Shown in pieces: positions 13,530 through 26,357 of a stretch of 64,000 nt of DNA. The notes under the pieces are model-generated. The model was not told the origin of the DNA, did no database searches, and saw nothing but the letters and a program-made list of their open reading frames with translations. This DNA is from Felis catus. Its lineage: Eukaryota. Position 1 is the first letter of the stretch, and the number at the start of each line of letters is the position of its first letter. Both the position numbers and the translations under genes were made by a program. Location of the stretch: NCBI RefSeq assembly GCF_018350175.1, contig NC_058368.1, positions 118,484,001-118,548,000 of the forward strand, read 5' to 3'.

Positions 13530-14222
13530 TGTCTTCATCTGCTTAGACTGCCAGAACAAAATATAGGCTGGATGGTTTTTACAGCAAATATTCATTTCTC
13601 ATAGTTGTGGAGACTGGGTAGTCAAAGATCGAGGAACCAACTGATTTGGTTCCTGGTGAGGACCTTTTCCCTGGCTGGCCCTTGGCCACCTTCTTGCCAT
13701 ATCCTTAAATACCAGAGAGTGGCCGTTACATCTTTTCTTACAAGGCCACTAATCCCATTGTGAGGACTCCACTTTTATGACCTAATTACTTCCAAAGGCT
13801 CCATTTCCAGATACTGTCATCCTGGGAGTTTTAAATGATAAACTACGGCATATTGTATTTTTACGACTTTATTCAAAGAAAAATTGGCTCAAACGGGGCA
13901 GCACCAAACTGGATATGTTTAGGGACCCTCCACTGGCAGGAAGTATAAGGGAAAGACTTTTATAGCGAACAAATGGGAGTAGCAAGTTAATTATTTGGCC
14001 ATAGCTTAAGCTTTTGTCTTACTTGGGAATGCCTAATTGGTCTTCCACCATTTCTTAGCCTTGAGAGATTTACGCCCTTGGGGTTTGGTTTGCTTATGTA
14101 GGCTGTTATAACATTAGAGCCACCTACTCTAATGGCCTCTTTGTTTATTTTTGTTTAATTAATTTCGCAGAGGTCAGGGCTTCGCCATATAAATTTTGAG
14201 GAGATGTTATTCAGTTCATAGC
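13530..14222 (-). mobile_element. MLT1A-like ERVL-MaLR LTR split by a nested solo LTR
   Basis: MLT1 motifs at 13530-13828 resume at 14170-14222 (agggcttcgccatataaattttgaggag). Confidence 0.7.
13829..14169 (-). mobile_element. ERV-type solo LTR nested in MLT1
   Basis: About 340 nt insert ending in ...ca; minus-strand TATAAAA (13958-13964) lies upstream of AATAAA (13868-13873). Confidence 0.55.
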
Positions 14223-14269
14223 CTTGACCAAGACGTTGTGTATGCACGCATTTTTAATTTTAACCTGCA

Positions 14270-14400
14270 TGATGACTCTGTGAGGTGGTATCTATATCAT
14301 CCCATTGTCTAGATGAAGATACTGAGGTTTCGAATGGTTAATTAACATGCACAAGGTCACGTAGTTAAAAAGTGTCACAGTTTGGATTCAAACTCAAAGT
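14270..14400 (-). mobile_element. MIR SINE
   Basis: cccattgtctagatgaagatactgagg...aaggtcacgtag...ggattcaaactca. Confidence 0.75.
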
Positions 14401-15304
14401 TGTGTTATACTGAAGAATGTGGGAATTTCTTTGAAACTCCCCACAGAGCGGAAGTTCTCACCTTCTGCCCTGGACAGAGAGACATTGTTGACTTTGATGG
14501 CCCATTTTTGGGTGCTTGCATCAGAATCAGGAGGCTGGTAGCTGCAGCACGGTTGGTGGTGGGTGGAGGCAGGGGAAAGCTTGTGTGTTTGTGCACGTGC
14601 TACTGCCTGAGAAAGGGAAGTGATTCTTTTGAGTCTGATTCTTGGCCGAGTCAGTATTTGTGGGTGGGGGGTGTGGTGAGCAGATCTCGATGAATACCCT
14701 GCAGATTGCTATGGCCCGTGGTAAGGGAACAATGACTGGATTATACTCTTCAGCTTGCCTCTGCAATTTTATTATTAATGTCTGTGAACTGAGTTTTCTG
14801 CCATGTGCATCCGAGTATCTGGCCATCTCAAGCCCCTTCCCTACCTCCTTATCCTGGGACAGCCTCATCAATTCAGCTCAGCTTCCCAAAGCCGCACCTC
14901 TCTGCAAAGACTTCTCTGACTCTCTGGGATATTTGGCCATCCTTTGTATTTTCGTAGTATCTGGTTCATGGATCTGATTCTCCACTGTGTCTGATAATCA
15001 CTGCATGTGTCTGTCCCATAGTAAATGTGAGTTCTTGAAGAGCATAGATTGGGCTTCTGTGTCATCAGTATCAGTGCAGTGCTTAGACTGGAGTGGAAAT
15101 AACACAGTCGTAGAATCTTAGACCCAGAACAATCTTATTTCTCACTATATCTGTAGTCTTTCGTTGGCCAGATGGGAACACTGAGGTCTTGTGAAGTCTG
15201 ATAGCAAGCAGTAGAAGGAATGGGGCAAGGTCTTGGGCGTCCTGTTTCCCAGGTGTAGTTCGTGCTTTCGTGTGTGTGTGGGGGGAGGGGGGTGCTTCTC
15301 TTTA

Positions 15305-15432
15305 AGGCCAGATTCTCAGCTGTGGATGTCCATTGGAATAACTCGGGGAGTTTAAAACGTACTGATGCCTGGGACAGAGTACAGAGATTCTGATTTCATT
15401 GGTTTGAGATACAGCCTGGACGTTGGGATTTT
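15305..15432. mobile_element. MER5-like hAT fossil
   Basis: ggggagtttaaaacgtactgatgcctggg...agagattctgatttcattggt. Confidence 0.6.
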
Positions 15433-16933
15433 TGTTGTTGTTAAGTTTACTTTTTCTTGAAAAAATGTAACTTACTGTCAAGTGTATGCTAAATTGTGCT
15501 CTTGGCTCAAGTGTATGCTAACTTGGCTCAGCACACCACTGTGAGTTTTGGAGACTTGCACTTGATTTGTGGAAGATTTAAATGAGGGAGCCCATTAAGC
15601 AACATCAAATAATAATAAAAAGCAAACAAGTTAAACATTGCAACCCTCATGTTAAAATGCTCTGTTCTGAGGTAAGTGCTCTCAAAATTGAGAAAAAGGC
15701 AAATGGCAGTAAATTTGGAGACCTGCCACCTTTTATCCCTCACATTGCTTACTTAATTCTTGGCTGTGTCCATCTATGGCTTCTGGCATTTACTCTGTTG
15801 GTTTCATTGTGATGGATGCACATGTGATTTAGGAAAATAATCCTTTGTTGGGACAAGATTCCTGAAATAATTAGTTGAGCGACGAGTAAGCAGTGAATGA
15901 CTTAAAAGGAAAGATGGTAAAATATTTTGCTGCCTTCGAACAGACCATGGAATCTTCGAGCTGGAACAATCCAGCCTACTCATTTTGCACATTAGGAAGT
16001 GAGAGCCCAGAGAGGTTAAATGCTTCGCCTGTGGTCACACAGTTGGCAGCCAGTCAAGAAATCATTCATTGATTTAGTCAATGAAAAATATTTGAGTGCT
16101 CCTTCGTTTCAGCACTCTTCTGTGTTTGGAGGAGAATGGCGGGCAAGTGAGCATTTGCGAGATGGTGTGTGTGTGTGTGTGTGTGTGTACTGATAAATTA
16201 GGAAACTTTAGCTGGCTTATGTCTTCTGAAGAAAACACTTGGTGAGGTAGTGAGAAGTTTGCTTTGGAATATGCTGGTGATCAGGAAAGGCCTCCCTAAA
16301 GAGGTGACCTTTAGGCCAAAACCTGAATTAGAATAAGAAATGAGTTGTCCACAAGAGAATTCAGGGATCCAGCGTCTGAGGAAATGGCTAACTGCCAAAA
16401 CTTGGAAGTGGAACAAGTTTTGTTGCGTTTGAGGTGCCTTGGGGTGATGGTATTGTTGCGTGCAGGACCTGATGGGATGAGTGCTTGGGGTGAAGGTGAG
16501 AGGCAGCCGTGGCCTGGAGGCACAAATGTCCTGATCCTAGTCCAGTACTGGTAGGAATACACAAAGTCCGGCTTAGAAGGTGTTCATGCCACTGCATGTC
16601 CACAGGTGTTTCTTGTTTTTAACCTAGACTCAATGTTGATATGTCTAAAATATATCTACTTAAATGTAACTTGGTCAATTGGCCTTTACAAGAAGTCACT
16701 TAAGGCTAAATTAAATCCTGCCCTGTCACCAGCTCCCCTCTGCCTTCATGTGGTTGCTTACCTTTTTAGAGGTCCTCACTGTAAAGAGTGAGTCACACAT
16801 GGGAAGAATTCCGTGTTTGGAGATGATGACTAGATTTTGATCTGACGTGCTTTCAGTTCATGTATCGTGAACAGTCAACACCTGCACAGTGTTGCTTACT
16901 CAAATTTTAAAGTGAGACACGGAAGGAATTCTT

Positions 16934-17149
16934 TTTTTTTTTTTTTTTTTTTACGTTTATTTATTTTTGGGACAGAGAGAGAGCATGAATGGGGGAGGGG
17001 CAGAGAGAGAGGGAGACACAGAATCGGAAACAGGCTCCAGGCTCTGAGCCATCAGCCCAGAGCCGGACGCGGGGCTCGAACTCACGGACCGTGAGATCGT
17101 GACCTGGCTGAAGTCGGACGCTTAACCGACTGCGCCACCCAGGCGCCCC
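16934..17149 (-). mobile_element. Young feline SINEC_Fc
   Basis: CpG-rich body, pure T21 tail, perfect TSD acggaaggaattctt (16919-16933 / 17150-17164). Confidence 0.97.
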
Positions 17150-17231
17150 ACGGAAGGAATTCTTAACTGATCATTGCTTTTGTGTTTACGTGTCCCCCCC
17201 AACTCCCCTGCTCTGTTTCTCTCCTCACCAG

Positions 17232-17303
17232 ATTGAGAATGCCAGCGAGGTGCTCATCACTCCCTTGGAGAAGTTTCGAAAGGAGCAGATTGGGGCTGCC
17301 AAG
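17232..17303 (+). CDS. ARHGAP26: ARHGAP26 exon 4 (72 nt, phase 0-0)
   Basis: ctcctcaccag|ATTGAG...GCCAAG|gtgaga; IENASEVLITPLEKFRKEQIGAAK. Confidence 0.97.
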
Positions 17304-17879
17304 GTGAGAATTACACAAACTTTGTTCTTGGATTTTAGGGCAGCCTTGTTTTTGGATTTTATAGCGGCTCATCTGTTATTCCCAAGTGTCTGAAGTAAGA
17401 CTGAGTGTGGTCAAACCCCAGAGCAGTCATTCTAGCATTTTGTCACCTAATTGGTTTGTGCTAGTTCATAAATCATGCAAAGGTAGAAACCGTGCCTCCT
17501 TGTGTTAGTGGATACATCTGTGCTTGGACAACGGGGAATTGCACTTACTGTGGACACCCAGGACTCAGAGCCTAGACTGTTTTGCAGATGGGGTCCCGAA
17601 GGGGTGGGGAGGGACACAGCTCATTTTTGCTAGTGTTTGAAAATGGGCCCTTTGTTGCTAGATCTTGACATTTTTCAAGAGAAAGTGAAAAGTCATGGTT
17701 TTCTTTGAAATTTCCTAGTTTAAAAAAGTACATCTTTTACTTTGTGCAGGTCAAAAAGCAGGACTGCTTCAACTCCTAGGTCCCAGTTTGTTAGCGCTGA
17801 TGGCGAAGGACTGCAGCTAAAATTTGGCTGATTCTGTCAGTCCCTGAGAAGACTGTAAAGAGAATCTTGTTCATTTTTA

Positions 17880-18105
17880 TTTTTTATTTATTATTATTGT
17901 TATTTTTTTTAACGTTTATTCATTTTTGAGAGACAGAGTATGAGTGGGGAAGGGGCAGAGTAAGAGGGAGACACAGAATCCGAAGCAGGCTCCAGACTCT
18001 GAGCTGTCAGCACAGAGCCCGACGCGGGGCCCAAACCCACGAATGGCGAGATCATGACCTGAGCCGAAGTCGGATGTTCAACCGACTGAGCCACCCAGGC
18101 GCCCC
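17880..18105 (-). mobile_element. Feline CAN-SINE
   Basis: TSD cttgttcattttta (17866-17879 / 18105-18118). Confidence 0.95.
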
Positions 18106-19679
18106 TTGTTCATTTTTAAAAGGTAGATTCTCCAGGGTTCCCCTGCCCTGTGAGAAATCACCAGGAAATCCTAGCTAGTTTGACCTTCAGTAGAGTGTTA
18201 GAGGCCACCTGCAGGGAAAGTGTTTTCACTGGAATCGATGAAAGCAAAAGGCTTTTTGACATTTTCTTCCTGTTTTTCTGGAACTGTGAATCCTTCAGCT
18301 GGCGCCACCTGCAGGGAGCTTTGGGCAACATCACTCACCTACTAGCATGCTTAGATTTTACTCAGTCGTGAAATGGCCTTGAGAAGTAGGTGCCTGTACG
18401 TGGGAGAAAGATAACTGAAATACAACAAAGTGGGATCTGTCTCCTCACCCCACCTTCCCACCTAAGCACATCTGCTTCTGAAAACGAATATGATGAGGGT
18501 CTGCAAAGAAAATGTGCCGTTCAGTCAGGGTTCTTCAGAGGGATGGTTGACTGTAGTTTGAAGGACAGACCATAGCAAAGATTTTTCTTCCAGTTCTAAG
18601 TCACTTTCTACTAGTTTTATCCTTTACATTTATGAAGATTAGAGCTCATGGGTTTTGTATCAGAGATTACGGAATATATAATTCAAAGGGAGTCTAATTC
18701 CACTAAGATTTTGAGTTTGCCATGAGTGTCCCTCCCTGGGTTCTCATGTGTGTAGGCTCAGGGACCTTCACTTTAGTGGCCTTGGGACTTGTACTTCCTG
18801 TTCATGATAATAGATGGCGGTGGCTCTGGACGTTCTGAAGAGCTTTGAGACAGCAGCAGAGCAGACCGCTTTATCGAGTTCTCTTTCCAAGAATCTTTTC
18901 AGCCTTCTCACTCTGGCCTCTGCCCTCAGCCCTGCCTCTGGGGTTCCTGAAAGCCCATAGTTGGCATAGAGGAGGAGCAGGATTCTGAGTGGACTACTCT
19001 TGGGTAATATCAGTGATCTTAATGATAGCAGCAGGTACTTTTCCAGAAGTGCGGTAGAGGTGGGGCTGTAGATGGTGAGAAATAGGAGAATAAAAGAATT
19101 CAAATAAAATCATAGCTCATCAAAACATGTTACCTCTCACGTACTCTAATCTCTCCTTCTTAATAAACAGTGTAGTGCCATTGGGGATGATTTCCCCTCC
19201 CTCTCCTTTGGTCATTTCTTTTTCTCATATACATACATTTATATCCTAGGATTGTGTACCTTTAAGAGAAAGCAAAGAAACAAACTCTTTACCAGGCAGT
19301 TTTGGGAGCAGACTGAAGAATACCTAAGAGCCAGCCAGGGCTCCTGAGCGGCCAAGTGGAAGTTTCTGAACTCTGCCTCTGTGGGGCTAAAATTACCCTT
19401 TCTCCCCATTCTGGTGCTGCTTCGGTTGCTGTAACAACCTGTTGCTACTTTGCAAGAAGCAGAATTTAGTGTTGCATGTGAAGGCTGCCAGGGAGGAGGA
19501 CTCCTGGGCCTTCTGCTGCAGAGGTAGCTGGCCTGCAGCAGGTCATGACCCTGAGCTTGGCATAACCTTGACCCTATATTTAGAATTCTGAGTTTGGGGA
19601 AGTTTGTTTTTCTGCCAGCCGAGGTGCATTTGGAGCGCCGGGCACTGCAGTGAAAGTAAAACAGAAGTTAGAGAGCAAT

Positions 19680-19880
19680 GGTGAAGAGTGGGCCCTAACC
19701 TCACTGATGCCATTGGCATGTCAACTTGGGGAGTAGCTGAACCTCTTCATACCCATTTCCCGATCTATAGAATGGAGACAGTGATAATAGTTACCTCCTA
19801 GAGTTCTTAGGAGGAAGACAAGCGAATACAGGTAAGTGCTCAGAACAGTGCCTGTTGTATAGTCCTTTGACGTTCGCTGT
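19680..19880 (+). mobile_element. MIR SINE
   Basis: atttcccgatctatagaatggaga...gtaagtgctcagaacagtgcctg. Confidence 0.65.
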
Positions 19881-22816
19881 TAGATTCAGTACACACAGTT
19901 CATGAATTAAAAAAAAAAATACATGAGCACTTACTCTGTGCCTGGCCCCAGGATGATGGAGAGCAAGAGTAGACGTACTGTGCTCATGGTGTGACTAGAG
20001 AGAACGACATGAAACAAAAAGCTAATAAATAAACGTAATTCCTAATTGCGGTAGGTGCCATGAAGGCTTACCTTCACGGGACAGCGGGGCATGGGAAGCA
20101 AGTGGTGTTCTTGATAAGGAAGAGGTATGTTCAGATGATGAGTCTGATGACTGCCATTACCACCATGGCTACTGTGATCACTGCCGCCAATCATCATCTT
20201 TACTGAATTTTATTGTGCACTTTCTGTCTGCTGGGCCCTCTGCTAAGCACTGTCTATGGTTAATCTCATTTTATCCTAATAGGTCAATGAGGAGGTGGCT
20301 GTTTTTATTCCTATTTTGTTAGACAGCCTTTGAATTGAAAGAGGAAACCTGAACCTGAGCCTCCATCAGTTTATAGATGAGGGAACCCAGTTTTGGAGGG
20401 GGGCAGTGATTTGTTTAGAGTCAGTCCATGAGAAGTTGGGAATAACTTACAGGATTCTAACTCTGTCTTTTCTCCATTTAGCCACGGACAGTAGGTTCCC
20501 TGGGAGGCGAGCACCACCTCCTACCTGAGTCAGTCATGAATACCACTCTTCCATCTTAAGAGTGTTATCTAAATCTTTGTAGAGTTACTCCCTGGCTGTC
20601 TTGTTGCTGTTTTTTTTCAGAACAGAAACTGCTTCCCTTTCTCTTTAGCTCTGGCTGTCTTCTTGAACATGGAATGCGGCAGCTTGAATTGCCAAAAAGT
20701 CACAGAATGCTGGTGACTCATGTTCCCTGGCCTTTTCTCACCTCTGGCCAGCTGGGCTAGCCCAGTACAGGGTTCTCCTTGTGGGGCTTTCTGACAGGTT
20801 GCTGGAGTGGATCTGCAAGCATTAAGTGGAATGGGAGCCCCAGGTCAAAGTTGCCGGTTTCTACAAAGGAAAGAGTTGCTTTAGTGAATGTGTAGCCTGT
20901 ACCCTTCCTCAAATTTGAAGGAGTAGTATCTCCCCAGGCTTTTTCCTCACTTGCTTCTGCATGTTGAGTTGTTCTTAGGTATAAGTAGTCTTTCAAGCAA
21001 AATTCAGATTTGTAGAGGTGGATACATGTCCGCTAAAAAGGGTATGTGATGACTGTGCCCGCTTTGAGAGGCTTAGAATCTCGCTTTTGACCAGATAAAT
21101 AGTGTTCTGACATGGCCTGGGATTTCCAGGACTTCAGGTGGGAGCTTCTTGGTGATTTCTGTCACCTGTCCCACTTAGGCTTGCCCAGTGTTCTGCCCAG
21201 AGCATTGGTACTGCTCTTGTGCTCTAGAAGCCTCTACCCTGTCCCTCATATGATTAGCAGGTCTTAGCTCACACTCTTGAGGACCCTGTCTGTGGACTGA
21301 GTGCACCTTTTTTCCTTCATAGCACTTGTTGCAGTCTATAATTAAGCTATTTCTATGTTTCCTGGTTGATTGTCCTTGTACTTGAACATCCCCCCCCATG
21401 AGGCTTGGGACCACTTCTACTTTGTATTTCCAGTGGCTTCAGGCGTCTGACACAGAGTGATTGCTTCTTCTATCTTTGTGGAATGAATGGAGATGTCTCT
21501 GCATTTCCTTACCTGGCTGCAAAAGTTTTTCTCCTCTTGGAGCCCTTGGAGTTGCAGAAAAATACTTGGTTTAGGTTCTGCCTGAGTAAGGAGTAAGAAT
21601 AATGCGCTTAGTGAAGTTGATCCTATCTTCAAGCCAGTGTCAGCCTTTTCCAGCCCCCTTGCTTGCCATCCCCCCCCCCCCAGCCCCCCAGAAAGTGGAA
21701 GGAAGAGAGACTGCCTGTGAACATGTGTCTCAAGTGCGGTTGAAGGGTGGGCTTTGGAGGCAGCCTGCCCTGACCTCGGATCCCAGCTCTGTCACTATGA
21801 CTTTGTACAAGTTAACCTCCATTTATCTGAGTTTTCTTCTCCGTAAAATGGGAGATAAAAGTAGAATCTCAGTGACTCACTGATTTGGTGGGAAGGCAGG
21901 GATTATGTGTGTTATGATATTTATATTATTTTTCATTTTGAAAGTTATTAATGTAGGCAAATAAAAATTTCCCAAATGGAGGGAGAAAATCACCCATTAT
22001 CCCATTTCCTTAACTTGATTATTTTCGTTTATCTTTCCATCTAATCTTTGTCTGTAGGTAGATACATTCTATGTAGGATGCACCAAGTTCATATCATGAT
22101 ACTAATACTTTCCCTTACATTATGAGCAGCTTGCCATATGACCACCTAGCCTTCCTAGTTCCATTTATTGGATGTCCCACCCTTTGATTATCTGAAACCC
22201 TGTATTTGGGCAGTGATGTGCTTTTGCCTTTTTGTTTGTTTTTATAACTGATGCTGCTGTGAACACATTTGTTGTCTTTGTTTTAATTTGAATTCCTCTT
22301 CAGTTCAGAGACCCACATGTGTTCAGTATTGTGCCCAGGAATATTTAGGTCTATATATTAAGTACTTTTTGACTGCTGTTAAAGCTGAATCTGCCCTTAC
22401 CCTAGATTGGTCCGATTTAAGCTTTAAGTAGGTCTTACTGCTTTGGGATTAGCTTCATAGGTAACTTTGTTCCTTTATTTGGCCTTGAACATCCTTTGAA
22501 TTAGAAATTAGAGATTTCTCTTTCACAGTTGAAGTTCTTAGAAAGTGGAGTCCTGGCTTTGCCACTATTAAATACTGGTATTTACCTTGTCTCTGGCATT
22601 GTGTTCTGTGATAGGCATTCATACCCGTCGGTCTGTGTGTTGATGGAGGGTTGGCTTGACTTAATATGCATTATTTGAAGAGAAGGAAGAGATGGGTAGT
22701 TGGCTGTTCTGGGTCTGAAGGAACGGTGACCTATGGAATTGAGCCGGCAGGTCTTGACAAGGTTGCTTTTATTCCTGCAACGTTTTACTCTTTCCCTCCT
22801 CTCTTCTTTTTGCCAG

Positions 22817-22918
22817 GAAGCCAAAAAGAAGTATGACAAGGAGACAGAAAAGTATTGTGGCGTCTTAGAAAAACACTTGAATTTGTCTTCTAAGAAGAAA
22901 GAATCTCAGCTTCAGGAG
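22817..22918 (+). CDS. ARHGAP26: ARHGAP26 exon 5 (102 nt, phase 0-0)
   Basis: tttttgccag|GAAGCC...CAGGAG|gtaaga; EAKKKYDKETEKYCGVLEKHLNLSSKKKESQLQE. Confidence 0.97.
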
Positions 22919-23490
22919 GTAAGAAACTTCACTAATATCCTGAACAAGGTGTTTAATTTCTATGTGTTGCTGTAGAATATGTGCCCGTTCCTCCTTGCCA
23001 GAAAATCCTAGGGTTTGAAGTGGCCTCAGAAACCAGGAGCTTGACGCTGATCCCTCATCAGATGCCTAATGCCTGGATTCCCTTTGTATCTTCACATCCA
23101 CAACACTCCTTTTGTGGCTGTCCAACCTACCAGGTGGGCGGGGGCATATACTGCTGGTCAGTGTCACTCACCTCCTTGTGGGGCAGCCGTTTCTTGTTTC
23201 ACAAGAGATAAATTATCTGGCCTGCCCTAGGACTTTCTGGATTGGCATGAAGAGTAATTCACTTGGAAAGATAAGTTAACTTTGCAACCATGGATCTGTC
23301 ATATTTCTCATTTAGTTCATGGAGACTTGCATGGTAAAGGAGTGGTTTCTGGAAGACCGAGCAGGTTACTAGTGGAACTCCAAAGTTGACTACACGAATG
23401 TCATTTTATTTAACTCTTAACAATTTACTTCACCTTTCTCAGGTATGTGGTAAAGAGAGGTTGTGACTTCCAAGTTAGCCCCTCATTCTT

Positions 23491-23964
23491 TTTTTTTTTT
23501 TAAGTTTTAAATATAAATCCCAGTTAATTAACATACAGTGTGGTATTAGTTTCAGATGTGCAATATAGTGATTCAGTGCTTTGATACATCACCCAGTGGT
23601 CATCACAGCAAGTGCACTCCTTAACCCCCATTGTCTATTTCACCCATCCCCCCCACCTACCTCCCACCATGTAACCATCTGCTTGTTCTCTGTAGTTAAG
23701 AGTCTGTTTCTTGGCTTCTCTCTCTTTTTCCCTTTGCTCATTTATTTTGTTTCTTAAATACCATGAGTAGAATCATATGGTATTTGTCTTTCTCTGATTT
23801 ATTTCACTTAGCATTACACTCTGTATGTAGCTCCATCTGCATTATTGAAAATAGCAAGGTATCTTTTCTAATGCCCAAGTAATGCTCCATTGTGTGTGTG
23901 TGTGTGTGTGTGTGTTTGTGTGTATACCACATCTTTATCCGTTCATCATTTGATGGACACTTGT
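23491..23964 (-). mobile_element. 5'-truncated carnivore L1 (3' UTR)
   Basis: Poly-T then L1_Carn-like 3' UTR; degenerate TSD caagttagcccctcattctt / caagctagccttcattctt. Confidence 0.88.
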
Positions 23965-25149
23965 CAAGCTAGCCTTCATTCTTCAGTTTACTTTGTTTTT
24001 GAGCAAATACCATGCAGTGCTTCTGTCACATGCAAGTTAATATGAAGATCATATGGTTAAAGGATGAAAAATGAAGATAACATAGGAGATGGTGGAGTCT
24101 GAACCCCTCCCAACCCGATTTGTTCGATTTGTTGCACATCCTCACTTAGGAATGTCTTGCTCTCAGAGCCCTTTGCTTTGAAATGCGAGTTTAAACCAAT
24201 TGTGTAAATGATGAAGAGGAGTCAACAACACTGCCAGCAACAAGTGTTTGTATTGGGCTTTGCAGATCAGTTCTTGGCCAGTCAGCCAGCTAATAGCAAC
24301 TGAGTATTTGGTGTGAAAAGTAGAAAACACTAACCTATCCTGGAAGATTTCCTACCTGACTGGGGAAAAAGGAGCAAACACATGGGGAGGTGATTCTTGA
24401 AGGTAGCCTAGCTCCTCAGGTGAATCTTGTCAGATGTGCCGGAGGAGGCTAAAGAAAACCTATTTTCACTGGATCGTATATAAAGTACTTAATTCCTTGG
24501 ACGGGATCCCAGCTGTGTGTGGGGTATGGGCACTGGAAGATGCCCAAGAATATGCAGTTATCCATGATAAATTAGGATCTGTCCTGATGCCCTCACTGTT
24601 TAGTGAGTTAGCCTTCTTAGAGTCATTAGATGTGGCCAGCTCTGCAGTTCCTAAGCAGTTAGGTGAGTCAGGGTCGTTGAGAGTTGAACAACTGTGTGAT
24701 TGTTCTAGCACCTGTTGGTGTTGATGGGCCCATAGCACAGTTAGTCTGTAGGCATGGCATTCCCCAGTGTGAGGATGCTTTTCTGGTCTATTCTCTCCAT
24801 GCCTGGATGCTGCTTCCTTGGTCTGGGATGACTGTAACATACTCTTTTAAAGCCATGCCAATATCCTCTCCCCCCCAAGATAGTACAGTGTCAGCCCAGA
24901 GCACTGGCTGGGAAAGTGATACCTTACTTCAAGGCCTGCTGTTGCATGTTTTCACTGTGTGACCTGGGGCAAGTACTCACCTCTCTGATTTTTTAGTTCC
25001 ATTTTTTTGTAAAATACAAAGTACCTGTTCTCTCTACTTCATGTATGGGGATGTGTGTTATGGCTGCTAAACAAATATAAAGTATTATCCCTATGACTGG
25101 CTCGTTCCTCCCCATTTCCCGTTCCCGAATTGAATGGTACTCTTCGTCA

Positions 25150-25502
25150 CTGCATTGGCGTGTTCAGGCTAGTAAAAGAGAATACCATAGGTGAGGCAGC
25201 TTATAGAGACAGAAATTTAATTCTCACAGTTCTGGAGGTTAGGAAGGTCAGTATTGTAGCGCTGGCAGATTTAGCATCTGGTGAGAGCTTATAGATGACT
25301 CTTCTTGTTGTGGTGTCATGTGGTGAAAGGACCAAGGGAGCTCTCTGGGGTCTCTTTTATAAGGGCACTCATTCCATTCATGAGGACTCCACCCTTATGA
25401 CTTGGTCATCTCCCAAAGGCCCCACCTCCATGTGCTGTCACATTGGAGCTTAGGTTTCAACATACGAATGTTGGCAGGGACACCAACTTTTACTCTATAG
25501 CC
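25150..25502 (-). mobile_element. MLT1A-like MaLR LTR
   Basis: ttctcacagttctggagg...cttttataagggcact...ctcccaaaggccccacctcc...ggtttcaacatacgaa. Confidence 0.85.
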
Positions 25503-26338
25503 CTGACATTGTCAGTTACAGGTATTAGTGGGCATTTCTACATTACACTCTTTTGTGGTTCTTTGTGTGCTTGTCTTTGACCTCGTTACACTTTCTAAGT
25601 ACTATGAGGGCAAGGAGTGGGCTGTAAGTCTTTAAGGTCCGGGTATTCTTGAGCATTGCTTTTTAGTTGTGCCTGAGCTGAATTAAATTGATAAAAATCT
25701 TATAACAACAAAAACAATACGATACTTTTCATTGACCACAACAATAAGGCCAGCAAATATTTACTGATGCTTATTTAGGTACTGTGTTAGGCACTTGGAA
25801 TCTTCTCAAATCCTTATAACCACTCTGTGAGGGACAGATTTATTCCCTCACCATTCAATAGCCTGCCTGTAGCTAGTCAGTGAGGTTGTGAACCCTGGCC
25901 CCTGACCCTGGAGCTCTTTTAACTCACTGTACTCTCCTAATTGGGTCTTTACCTTGGGAGGGAGGGTTGTTGCTGGGCAGCTAGGCAGCCATTGTTATTC
26001 AATGCCAGTGTCATTGAGATACGATTCACCACCTGAAGGAGGGACCTTGGTAATCTTCTGATTGAATCTACTGGAAATACATTTGAAGGAACTGGGTTCC
26101 TTGCAGAGGTAAAGGGATTTGTTCAAGGTCTTCCAGCTATTAAGTGATGATTTTCTCACATTTATTAAAAAATCAATTTGGGAATATTACCAGACACCTC
26201 GTGCACTTTTAATGAAATGTACTTTCTTTGATTATCCAGAATTCTTACCTAATTGCAGAGCTCTGAACTGAATACTTTGAAATTCTAGCCAATCCCTACT
26301 TTTGGTGGATAAAATTATAGTGCAGTGATGTGGAATGA

Positions 26339-26357
26339 CACTGCCATCTAGTGGATG
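26339..26357 (-). promoter_or_regulatory. Predicted CTCF core motif
   Basis: Minus strand CATCCACTAGATGGCAGTG. Confidence 0.5.

Noticed and set aside
18768..19103. 111-aa minus ORF, plus a 48-aa plus-strand ORF (MAVALDVLKSFE...) with nearby ETS/YY1-like motifs
   Set aside because: No recognisable homology, splice context or strong Kozak sequence; expected by chance.
22862..22864. Val where I recall Ile in human (YCGVLEK vs YCGILEK)
   Set aside because: Conservative substitution, and the comparison rests on memory.
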